Source: an uncultured Solirubrobacterales bacterium
Lineage (GTDB): Bacteria; Actinomycetota; Thermoleophilia; Solirubrobacterales; Solirubrobacteraceae
DNA length: 64,000 bases
NCBI GenBank assembly: GCA_963757995.1
Contig: CAVWTS010000011.1
Coordinates: forward strand, 1,243 to 65,242
Direction of reading: 5' to 3'
A program made the translations under genes and the position numbers. Shown here in pieces: positions 11,001 to 18,900 of this stretch; the stretch's first letter is position 1, and each line of letters starts with the position of its first letter. The notes under the pieces are model-generated. The model saw only the letters and a program-made list of their open reading frames with translations. It searched no databases and was not told where the DNA came from.

Positions 11001-12311
11001 CTCCCGGTGGTGGTGATCGCCGCCACGCCACTGCAAAGCGTCAAGGAAGGCGAATCCGTCGCCGCGCTGCTCGCGAGCTCGGGCGTGCTGGCGGTGTTCA
11101 CGACCAGCGAACGGCGACTTGACGAACGCCGCCTCATTCCCGAAAACCCTGGCCCTGGGGCGCCCCAGATCCCCGAGTACGAGGGCGCCTCGCTCGGCTA
11201 CCAGAAGCCCCAGAACAATGGAGTGAAGTGGTACTTCGTATCGGCCGACACGCACGCGCGCGAAGTTCACGTCGCCGCCGTGCCCGTGATCGAGTCGCTC
11301 GCGCTCAAGCCGCTGGATGGGCTGAGCGTCGCCAGGAGCCTGACGCTGCAGTTCGAAGCGATCGCCCGCCGCCCTCAGGGCACGCTGGCGACGATTGCCG
11401 GGCGTCCAGAAGAACCGAGTGAACCGGGCGAACCGTTTCCCGGCTATGACAACTACGTCGAAATCCCAGCGCCTAGCTGCGGCTCGAGACCTTGCGTGCA
11501 GCCCAGCTACGAATTTACGAGCTCAGAACCGACGATTGGCGCCTTCGTGGAACCCAGTGGCCCGGGCTCGCCGCTCCCCAAGTTGGGCGCCGACGGGCAT
11601 CCGATTGCCTCCTCCACTTCGAACCTCTTCTGCGCTTATAACTCGGGCACGACCGTCGTCTCGATCACCACCGGCCTCTTGAGCTACTCGCTACCGGTCA
11701 CGGTCAAGTCGGGCGGCTTCGGGTCACCCTGCGGCACAGTCTCCCGGGCCGGCGTCGGCGAAGTGATCAGAGTCCATACTTCCCAGTCCCAGGGCAGAGT
11801 GGCTGGGGCTGCGGCGCCGCCTCCACCTTCCCCGGCGCCCGCTGGAACATTCCCAACGGCGCTCACTGCAATTCCGCCTGCGCCGGCCGCGCCGCCCGCG
11901 CCACCCACGCCAGCGGCCAAACCGCTCGCGCCGCCCGCGGCCAAGCCGATACCGGCAGAACCGCCCTTGCCGGCGCCGATCGAAAACGTGGTTCCCCCGC
12001 TGGCGATCCTGCCGGCCGCCACTCCTCCGGTCGAGCCGATACCACCGGGCGCCAGCGGCTATGCCCAGAGCCCCTCGGCGGCCGAGCGCAAGGAGAAGGC
12101 GCGCAAGCAGGCAAGCCAGTCGGCATTCTCGACACGACCCTCTGGCGCGAGTGATGCAGCGTGGTTCTATGTAGCCGTCGGCGGCGCCACGCTGCTGGCT
12201 CTGCTATTTGGCGCGCAAGCGTTGCCCGCGGGACCTCGGCCCCGCCCTGTCTTGCTCGAGCACACTGCCAGCGAGGGCCGGCGTCGACAAGCCAGATCGA
12301 GGTTTCGGTAG
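5085..12311 (+). CDS. Giant 2408-aa anchored protein: lytic transglycosylase (SLT) + degenerate M23-like + Ig-like + beta-propeller + degenerate metallophosphoesterase fold + Pro-rich stalk + C-terminal TM
   Basis: Uninterrupted ORF. VPWQVLAAINEVESNYG..GAEGWMQF..AIYAYNHS (SLT); DNTPP..DAAGN (Ig); repeated AVGxxGxILRWDG (propeller); YYSFD..LRVIVLD..QRGWLEEQL (MPE fold); hydrophobic C-terminus with Arg tail. Confidence 0.85.
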   Translation: MRRFFLLALVFAGTIATSPPDSGASTITETQPGLAASVSRQEEGLTSSSSSASSAMPSLPPSTPASTSASPPSPASTSTSPPSQSSTTPEASETTPTAATPPTAPPPVVVSHSQQPTEAAPRRHSSRTRAKGQPAVVGETGGAISGRPSLSRPAGAPTLAPNPGALEPLIPSPALMLPGTSPLLSFFIHTYRTPPFLLPIYLAAAERYAVPWQVLAAINEVESNYGYDLGISSAGAEGWMQFLPEEWSTYGVDANGAGVRDPYNPADAIFAAARYLQAAGAAHDLRAAIYAYNHSSGYVESVLLRTRLLEKIPRSMIGGLAAIVDGRTPVESTGELTVAPAWAKVAAVPGARSLRPTVVGANIATAPGAPVLAVQSSEVIRIGHSAKLGRFIELRDGYGDVYTYARLGRVLKRYRLPPQPRHTGSVTAPSRRATRSAGMRLAPLLRGTWVAPGTVLGNVAGRSHDRRARFFFKVQPAGAGAIDPRPLLEAWRLLGQAQGHPQRGTQPLFGPNAHDELIEEIRLMSKPQLEARLLFDPALRRVISTLEGVPVRGNHSPGLLARLATAELSSSAARPGPVLGRAQWPRLIARISRLPQPHVPRRPTSAALADTPSSPAPAASLPAWLTPPAPSGPTPAEQAGAPVGQGMQPRSSGGQPNLASPFTGPIVPTAALLAPASLQSEPTVTLETGPAGPDFINESLVTLRLNTTLASGSIESIVFEIRPDESTTWQEVESTKSPAQPYAFLHPEEEIAQDGPYELRVVVTEKTTHTQYESPTIERLIVVGESPVVKLAVPESPLRGVIKLQAEVPHGAEIQPIRFEWAPSGTGAWRPVPTLSSGSEPTSCATTATTACLDTATSEAPNGRDDFRVVPAGGEDLSFVSLPVRGRLVDNTPPEAGKVELEPPGSPLSGDVTLKVTANDPNLPNGEQASGVASVIFERARAGSAAWTRLPGGEVTVASSSSSSYIHRLHTEILENGHYMLRARALDAAGNQATSRETEVEVANAVSAAAVSASITGVVAPAEDITILGAVSADASPRHEAETWAYGFTRAPPAAAGAGRLEYTAEGHQLVLLRYAQQHGWQIADVPREAGGAKAFQLVPANELDINAGGGIKVTGAMAPSGEAWLGLVETPREGPKTIGFFHRSPGGQFEYDKSATETTLPLLESDKAQLRLGQDPEGHVYGMLSASTSEYALLKEGSWTREAPLQRPSNIPSGEPMTLRVGDVQGPDEAWGAFSLPNPQGHGLILGHLYNHEWHFPPSGLGLDALDLSGALAGHSNYVEPTALKVEPGGGVWIEAKLYLNNHESGHVVARYDGNTGKVTNSWCTLPLADSCEEPLGSAAVPDAFFATEGGPVALSLHEGVVDVYARGRWTSVLAPGHGPENGDAFTRPNAGWLGGTKALGQWSSEQNSSLLTPWPLPDRSPLTSIALAPGSSAGADESGALAVGLDGATLRYDASTGWQVEPAAPRAHHLNLLGVAFNGPSSAFAVGQFGVILRWDGTSWSEDPQSLSLTPSQLNAVAFATDGEGWAVGANGTILHYDGQRWSIEDPPPAESGENISSVAVAGSEAFAIAGGNLIVRRPGGGWEALEESLVPNNPRPAPGQLRLVAGLPDGGVIAAGRSIMLVRESAGRGFEYAEQPLSGVAVALAPFREASGKLRAYVSVAPPVNLLSGEVGGFPPGDGELLRQSESGWQDLSRSQYAGNVIGGDGAVKSDPVLAVATDPAGEHAWAVGGYDGTEDSAHQGTTEVLSARPAGWRTASIWRYDTTGNAQPSGLTSTAPSLPARPGVVSFAFFTSPECKVQCSAVPNAQPDVNLSAAAKQIATYAAQPGGPAFAMLGGNTVGPLEHEKGAEPAADFARLPELLAPLGGLPTFAAIGRSDQPYETPFSEAFAEAPEPFGTGSPASRIAPVSSGSPTPNGDIHRYYSFDANQNGATLRVIVLDDAEGQLEAGAPTAGQRGWLEEQLAAARGRGLPVVVIAATPLQSVKEGESVAALLASSGVLAVFTTSERRLDERRLIPENPGPGAPQIPEYEGASLGYQKPQNNGVKWYFVSADTHAREVHVAAVPVIESLALKPLDGLSVARSLTLQFEAIARRPQGTLATIAGRPEEPSEPGEPFPGYDNYVEIPAPSCGSRPCVQPSYEFTSSEPTIGAFVEPSGPGSPLPKLGADGHPIASSTSNLFCAYNSGTTVVSITTGLLSYSLPVTVKSGGFGSPCGTVSRAGVGEVIRVHTSQSQGRVAGAAAPPPPSPAPAGTFPTALTAIPPAPAAPPAPPTPAAKPLAPPAAKPIPAEPPLPAPIENVVPPLAILPAATPPVEPIPPGASGYAQSPSAAERKEKARKQASQSAFSTRPSGASDAAWFYVAVGGATLLALLFGAQALPAGPRPRPVLLEHTASEGRRRQARSRFR

Positions 12312-12438
12312 ATGCCAGAACCAGACCCTGCCATGGGACCAAATCGTATTGAAGAGGAGTCCCCGTCGCAGAATCATTTGCACTCTCAGAGCACAGCAAA
12401 CGCTTTGTGCGACTAAAGCACAACCTTTGGCCGACGGC

Positions 12439-13899
12439 CTAGAACAGCGAAGCGCTGAAGGGCTTCACTTCCGCGCCTCCGGCGTATCCAAGCGTGCCCA
12501 ACCCGAATACCTCCTCCACTGTGGCCAACAGCGAGAAGTGGTTATAGGTTTCCTGCACCAGACCGCCGCCTTTCTTGACAAACGGGGACAGCAGCAGCAG
12601 CCCAACCTGGCCGCCTCCAGACCCCGAGAGCTTGGCAACCCCCGTCGGCGCTGGCAAATTGGGGAACTTCGGCTGTCCGCAGCAGGAGCTCGAATCCGCG
12701 TATTCGCCTGTTGCGGGAGCGTCATCCACGGTGATCGCGAGTAGCCCATTCTGCTTGTAGGCCTTTGAGGCAAGGATCTCGGGAATAACCTTTTGCAGGA
12801 ATCCGTTGGCCGCAACCATCCCGTCTGTCTTGCCGGGCGCACACGGCGTGGGGTTGCCGTCGTCGCATGGACCGGGGGCGATATAGGAGAAGCTCGCCGT
12901 GAGCTTCTCGCTTGCCAGATCGCCCTTCAAGGCACTCATCCCAACATCCTTGGAGGCGCATACCGAGGATCCGGTGATCGAGCTGAAGTAGACGAACGGG
13001 TTGCGCCACGTCTGATAGTCGGGCGTCGTCGCCCCGGCGGCCGGCGCGCTGGCCGCCGGGTCTGCCGCACCGCTTGCCGGATGCGCACAAGCTGCCGGTG
13101 TCCCCGAGCCTTCGTCGATCCCTTCGACGTAGGCCTTCCAGGTGAGGTGCTTTGTGCTGAGCTGGCTCATCAGCGTCCGCGTCGATGACGAATAGACACA
13201 GCCGCTACCAAGCACTTGACCGTCGCTGCCGCCGCTCGCGGGTGAGATGTTGCTGTACGTCGGACAGTTGGCGGCGGTGGCTTCCGTCGGCCCCTGGCCA
13301 CTGAGCAGCGCAATTCCATCGGCGAGACCTTCGTGTGCGACGGCGTAATAGCGCAGCAGCAACTCGCCCTGCTTCTCCAGGGTCCCCGTCAAGTACTTGG
13401 CGGGCGAGGCCGGCCCGAAGGCGCTCGCATACGGCTGGTTGTCAAGCATCACAACGAACACGTGCTTTATCGCCGGCAGCTTGGCGGCAGCTTTGGACGA
13501 AGAGCCTTCGCCGCTACCTAGGGATTCTTTCGCGCCGCTCGAGGATTTCGAGGGGGCCGGGGACGTGGAGGATGCTTTGCTCGGCGCACTGGGCGTCGAG
13601 GATTCGGTCGATTCGGCCGGCGTCGACGACGGTTCCGGCGTCGCTTCTTCTGATGCGGGCGGTGGCGTCGGGACGGGTGCTGAGCTGGTAGCGGCGCCAG
13701 CGCCGCTACCTTGAGCGACAAGCACCTTCAACGGCGCGCGCGAGGACGCGAGCGCATCGGTTGCATTGTGCCCGGCGGCCCGTCCCATCAGCACTCCAAA
13801 GCCAAGGAACGCCGCCACGAGCGCAGCCCAGATCAGCGGTGATGGCAGTGGCAGCGCGCCGAAGCGCTGCTCCCAGCGGCGCAGCGGATCGAGGCTCAC
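12439..13899 (-). CDS. Membrane-anchored phosphoesterase-family (AcpA/PlcH/SapM-like) protein with degenerate active site
   Basis: N-terminal TM, Ser/Pro linker, IKHVFVVMLDN, LTWKAYVE, NPFVYF, FSYIAP, ITVDD, YNHFSLLATVEEVFGL. Confidence 0.8.
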   Translation of the reverse strand: MSLDPLRRWEQRFGALPLPSPLIWAALVAAFLGFGVLMGRAAGHNATDALASSRAPLKVLVAQGSGAGAATSSAPVPTPPPASEEATPEPSSTPAESTESSTPSAPSKASSTSPAPSKSSSGAKESLGSGEGSSSKAAAKLPAIKHVFVVMLDNQPYASAFGPASPAKYLTGTLEKQGELLLRYYAVAHEGLADGIALLSGQGPTEATAANCPTYSNISPASGGSDGQVLGSGCVYSSSTRTLMSQLSTKHLTWKAYVEGIDEGSGTPAACAHPASGAADPAASAPAAGATTPDYQTWRNPFVYFSSITGSSVCASKDVGMSALKGDLASEKLTASFSYIAPGPCDDGNPTPCAPGKTDGMVAANGFLQKVIPEILASKAYKQNGLLAITVDDAPATGEYADSSSCCGQPKFPNLPAPTGVAKLSGSGGGQVGLLLLSPFVKKGGGLVQETYNHFSLLATVEEVFGLGTLGYAGGAEVKPFSASLF

Positions 13900-14417
13900 G
13901 AGTTGGTCTGGACGGGCCGGCCGAGATTCTCGGTCGGCTGGGTCTCTTCCCCGTTGTCAAGCGCCGACCAAGTCCCACCATCATTGCTCGGCTCAGTTGC
14001 CGCGTCACTGCCCGATTCCGTGGCGCCCGCAAGTAGATCGATCGGGTGCGAGGCCGGATGACGACCATTGCCGTTGTCAGTCGATCGCTCCATGACCTGT
14101 GAGCCGCACTGCCAGCAGAAGACGGCGCCGCGACTGCGCACCGCACCGCAGCTCATGCAGTTACCGGCAGAGCCACTCTCCTGCATGTGCAGCATGCGCT
14201 CGACCTCAGCCAGCTCCGCGTCGCGCTCTTGCAGCATCGCCGCGCGGCGGATCAATACGTCGAGGCGGAAGTGGTCGCGAATCGCCATCTCATAAGTGAG
14301 TCCACCGAGGTTCCAATGCAGCTCGGCCACCTCCTCCGCCAGCTGGTCGCGGCGGCGACGCAGCTGCGAGTCGGGCTGCTGCGAGCCAAGTTGGTGCGCG
14401 TCGAGGGCGTTCATCAT
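13896..14417 (-). CDS. Coiled-coil + zinc-ribbon protein
   Basis: Helical N-terminal half, then CMSC..CWQCG; 4-nt overlaps with both neighbours. Confidence 0.75.
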   Translation of the reverse strand: MMNALDAHQLGSQQPDSQLRRRRDQLAEEVAELHWNLGGLTYEMAIRDHFRLDVLIRRAAMLQERDAELAEVERMLHMQESGSAGNCMSCGAVRSRGAVFCWQCGSQVMERSTDNGNGRHPASHPIDLLAGATESGSDAATEPSNDGGTWSALDNGEETQPTENLGRPVQTNS

Positions 14418-15160
14418 CCTGTTTCGACCACGTCTGGAAGGTTCTTGGATTTCTGCTCATAGCTTGAGCCGCTCTGGCCTTTGCTGACGCTTTTCAGCAC
14501 GGTCGGCGGCGCCGGTTTGTTGATCGAAGAACCCGCACCCGAGGGCGAGGCCGCTTTCGCTTTGGCCGCTTTCTTCGCGGAGCTCGCGGCCGGAGTTTCG
14601 GTCGTCGGCGTTGTCCGGGTCGTGGCCGGCGCCACGCTACCGGCGGCCGCGCCACCGACTGAGATCACCTGCGCCGGCGGCACCTTGGTGGTGCCGGTGC
14701 TTGCGCGTCCGATCAGCACCCCCACGCCCATCGCCAGCAGCAGCACACCGACTCCTGCCAAGAGCGCGAGCGTGTTGTTGCGGCTCGCCGGAGAGGCTGC
14801 ACTCAGTCCAGGGGGAGTACCCGGCGGCACACCGGGTACTCCCGGCGGCGGACTTAGCGGGATTCCCGACGGCGTTGTCGCCTGTGAGGAGGAGGCAGTC
14901 TGCGGCGGCGGCCCACCGGGACGGCCACCGGAGATCGGCCCGTTCACATGGGCGCGAGCAGCACCACAGTGCAAGCAATAGCGCTGATCGGGCGCGAGCG
15001 GAGCGGCGCACTGCGCGCACCGCTCGCTCGTCACCACCGGGATCGGCTGGGTCACGGCCGTCGCGGACTCCTCCCCAGATGCCGGTGACGGCTGTCTTAC
15101 AGCGGTCACCGACTCGCTGGTCGCAGCGGGCTCGGTCACGCTGAGATCGTCCACCTTCAC
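14414..15160 (-). CDS. Zinc-ribbon, Pro-rich, single-TM membrane protein
   Basis: CAQC..YCLHCG, TM LALLAGVGVLLLAMGVGVLIG; GTG start at 15160 after GAGGGGG. Confidence 0.75.
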   Translation of the reverse strand: MKVDDLSVTEPAATSESVTAVRQPSPASGEESATAVTQPIPVVTSERCAQCAAPLAPDQRYCLHCGAARAHVNGPISGGRPGGPPPQTASSSQATTPSGIPLSPPPGVPGVPPGTPPGLSAASPASRNNTLALLAGVGVLLLAMGVGVLIGRASTGTTKVPPAQVISVGGAAAGSVAPATTRTTPTTETPAASSAKKAAKAKAASPSGAGSSINKPAPPTVLKSVSKGQSGSSYEQKSKNLPDVVETG

Positions 15161-15168
15161 AACCCCCT

Positions 15169-15190
15169 CACTCGTGACAATTCTGTGAAC
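15169..15190 (-). promoter_or_regulatory. PHO-box-like repeat GTTCACAGAAT-TGTCACGAG
   Basis: GTGACA at 15174 and GTGAAC at 15185 (11-bp period), just upstream of the 15160 start. Confidence 0.55.
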
Positions 15191-15200
15191 AGGAGGCGCC

Positions 15201-15989
15201 TCACCCTTCTTCGTTCGTGTTGGCGCCGGGCTTCTCATTGAACGCACAGCGGAAGCTCTGCGGTTCGGAGACCGGCTGCGAGCCGGCGAAACCGCCCTTT
15301 TGGCCATTCGAGTAGACCGTCACGTACTGCAGCGTCGAGGGGGCTGGGACAGCCGGCAGCGGCACCGGGTTCGGTTCGCCGGTGCGTGGATCGCCGGTCG
15401 AGCCGACGCTCACACCCTCCGAGCCCGCCGCATCCGAGCCGGCCGCAGTCGTAACAAGCGTGGCACTCATCTCGCGCTGGTCTTTGAGACCGACGCTCGG
15501 GTCGAGCGGGATCGTCGCCGTCAGCTGCGAATCGTGAATCGTGGACTCGAGCTTGACGCGGTTGGCGGCGCCGATCAGCTGCGCCGCCGTCGGCAGATAG
15601 CCGCCCTCCTTGACGCACGCCTGCGAGGCCCAGAAATAGTTGTTTTGACCAGCCTCCGCATTGGTCAGCGGATAAGGCGAGTCCATCAAGCACCAGGTGC
15701 CGAGGTTGACGGTCGCCGGTGGGCAGCTCGGTTCGATGTCGGTCAGCGTCTTGCCGCTGATCTCAGAGGCATTCTTCACCGTCGGTATCGCAGCCGCTGG
15801 GAACTTCTTGTTTTTGCCCAGCAGCAGGATGCCTCCGGCGCGTGGCTTGGCGCTGATCTGATGCCCGGCGATCGCACTGACGACCGCATGACGGGCAGCA
15901 TTCGCCAGCCCGGTGCTCGAGCCGACGAGCGCGACGATCGAGATCACCAATGCGGCCTGGCCGCTGTGGCGGGAGATGCGCTCTCTCAT
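15201..15989 (-). CDS. Secreted protein with C-type-lectin/FGE-like Cys pattern
   Basis: Signal peptide; CPP..WCL..YFWASQACVKEGGYLPTAAQL..FRC pattern. Confidence 0.7.
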   Translation of the reverse strand: MRERISRHSGQAALVISIVALVGSSTGLANAARHAVVSAIAGHQISAKPRAGGILLLGKNKKFPAAAIPTVKNASEISGKTLTDIEPSCPPATVNLGTWCLMDSPYPLTNAEAGQNNYFWASQACVKEGGYLPTAAQLIGAANRVKLESTIHDSQLTATIPLDPSVGLKDQREMSATLVTTAAGSDAAGSEGVSVGSTGDPRTGEPNPVPLPAVPAPSTLQYVTVYSNGQKGGFAGSQPVSEPQSFRCAFNEKPGANTNEEG

Positions 15990-18900
15990 GTTCGCCTCCT
16001 TGAGGACGATGTTGAAGTGGGCTGCTGCATATAAAGACGGGCAAAGGCCGCACGCCGTGACCGGCGGCGACCGCGACCGATCGAGGCTCCGGCGCCGGCC
16101 AGCAGGATCAGGACGGCGAGCGGCGGCCCGTATACCGCGAGCCGCGGAGAGCCACCCGAGGTACCTGCGCTCGCGTAGGCACGCGCCGGCACTGACGTTG
16201 GGTAGCGCGCAAATGCTTGCGACTGCTCGGGCGCGGCCTCCTCTTCGCGTTTTTCTTCAAACACACGTACGGTCGCTCCCCCGGGCGGAATCGTGTCCGC
16301 GAAGGAAGCAGCGGGTGGTGGTGGGACGACCCGAACGCCGCCGGCCGCCGGCACCTGCACAATCGGCAGAAACGCCAATGGCAGCGCCACCTTCGGCGCA
16401 GGCTTGGGCACGACTTTCGTGACTGCAGCGGGCACGACCGACGGTGGAGGTGGCGGCGCGATCGGCGCTGGCGCAGGGGCAGGCGATGGTGGAGGTGCCG
16501 TAGGCACCGCGGCTGCCGAGGACGCGGCGACTTTGAAATGGCTTGGGCTGAGCGGCACCGTGCCACACGGTTGCTCGACACTCCCCCCCTGCACTGTCAC
16601 GGGAATTGAGTAGGACAGACCTCCAGCAGAAACTGTGACGATCGTCGTGCCGGGGTTGAACGCGCACAAGATGCTGGAGCGCGAATCGGGGATCACGTGC
16701 CCTTCGGCGTTCTGCAGCGGCTTGCGCAGATTCGTCGAGTTGGGATCCTGCTCGACGAAATTGGCGATTTCAGGTTCGGAAGAGGTGAACGTGTATTCCG
16801 GTTCGATCGCGCTCGAGCAATCCGATTGGCGGCATAGCGCTGGTGGGAATTCGGCGTAGGGATCCGAGCCGGGAGGGCTGGGGCTGCCGCTGGAGGCAGA
16901 AATTGGGCCCCAGCGATCGCCGGCCAGCGGTCGCCGCCCGAGGCCGGTGAACAGTGCGGGCGCGCTGCGTCGCAAGAGCGCGCCATCGACCGGGTCGAGC
17001 GAGACTTCCTGGACGAGCGGGATCAGGCGTGCGGCTACAGGGGCGACGTTGGTGGCGGGGTTGCGCTTGGCGACTTCGACGCTGACCAGCAGATAGCCGT
17101 TTGTGCCGAACAGCGCGTCAGGCTGGCCCGGAGTAAACGAATCCGAGACCGCTGAGCGATAGCCGAGCGAGCCCGTGCCGAACTCGGGGATCGTGACCGC
17201 GCCGCCGGAGGGAATCTGACTCGTGCGGCTTTCTTCGGGGCGTTCGTACAGATAGGCGGAAGCGCCGCCGGCGACCATCATCTGCGCCTCTTCGGCGGTG
17301 TCGGCAGCGGCGTTCAGCGCCGGCGGAAGGTTGGGGTTCAGCTCGCGGCTGCCGACGACGATTGCGGGGATACCGCGTGCCCTCGCGTCCGCGAGCATCC
17401 GTTCAAGCCACGGCGCTTGCGGTTCCGCTGGGTTCTGATACGGATCGCTCGCGGCCAGCGAGCCGCGCGAGTTGTCGATCACGATCACGCGCACGGTCCC
17501 GGCGGAGCCGGTGCTGTCGAAGGCGTAGTGGGTGCGCGCCCCAGGCCTCACCGCACCAGTCGGCGGTGGGATGTTCGTGGTGCTCACCCCGGTGGGCGTA
17601 CCGCCTTCGCCGAACGGAGCGTTGGAGCCCGCGAAGGCGGCACCGAACGCGGAGTCTTCGCTGCCTTCGCTATCGCCGGCAGACAGCGCCGGGTACACGG
17701 GCAGACTGCCGCCGCCGGACATCAGCTGCGCATAGCGATTGGCCTCCGCGGGCGACTCGGGTCCCTCTCCCGGGGTCTCGCGCCCACCGGTGTAGAGCAG
17801 CATGCGCGGGCCGTTCGGCTGTGCCGAGAGGCCGGCGATCTCGCCGAGCGCGGCACTGAGGTTGCGATCGGGCGCGATTCCCTCATCGGCAAGCGCAGCG
17901 CAGGCTTCAATACACTCGGCGTGTCCGCCGACGGCAAAGGTTGCTACCCCAGGCTGCATCGGGATCGGCGCCACGGTCTCGCCTGTCGGTGCTGGTGGAT
18001 TCCCCGCTGCGGCGTAGCTGTATACACCCGCTGTTTGCACATTTTCACGGGCGGCCTGGCCCGAGCCACCGCTGGCGTCACTTCCCCGCCCAGCGTCATC
18101 CGACTCGCCGCTCCAACCCCCAAGCGCCCAGCCGGATCCATTCGTGCCGATATCCAGGGCGGCGATCGAGTCGACCTTCAGTGGCTTGTCCTGACTGTCG
18201 CCGGCGTAAGCGGCTCGCTCCTCGTCCTCCCAGCCGTCAGGCGTTTCGCGCAGCAGGTAGCCATCTCCGGGCAAGGGATATGGAGGGATCAAGGGAGGCG
18301 GTGAGTTTGGATCTACCTGGGGAAGAATGAATGGCGGCGGGTATGTGAAATCGGGAACGACCGACAGCAGCGCGCGCACCGTCTCACCTTCGAGCAGTGG
18401 TACGGCCGCGATGGCCGTCTCGTTCACGATCGGCTCATCAGAGAAATGCCACGGAGCTCCCGCACTATCGCGCTCCAGCACGACATCGTGCCCAGCGAGC
18501 ACTGCGCCACCGTTCGGGAGACCCGCGACGACGTTCAGCGACGGTACGCTCGGCAGACTCGCCAGCAGCTCGTGGACTTCCGGTTCGACTTCCCAACCAG
18601 AGCCCTTGTTGACGAGCAAGTCATGTTCGGCTGTGACCATCGCCTCGGAGCCGGCAAACGTGACCGAGCTGAAGTTGGTTTCCGCAAAGCCACTCGGCAG
18701 GCTTTCTTCCTGCGTCCAACTCTTGCCATAGGAGAGCAACGCGCCACTCTGACCGACGGCGTAACCGATACCCGGGTCCCTCGGATCGAACGCGATCCCG
18801 TCGAGGTTTCCCTGGAAGCCGTCGAGCGGCGCCGCCGGGTCCTTCTCCCACAACCCGGTTTCTGCGCGCCAAATCCACATCGCGCCGAGGTCTCCGACGG

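Noticed and set aside
15201-15989. Diversity-generating retroelement target
   Set aside because: No reverse transcriptase or template/variable repeat pair seen
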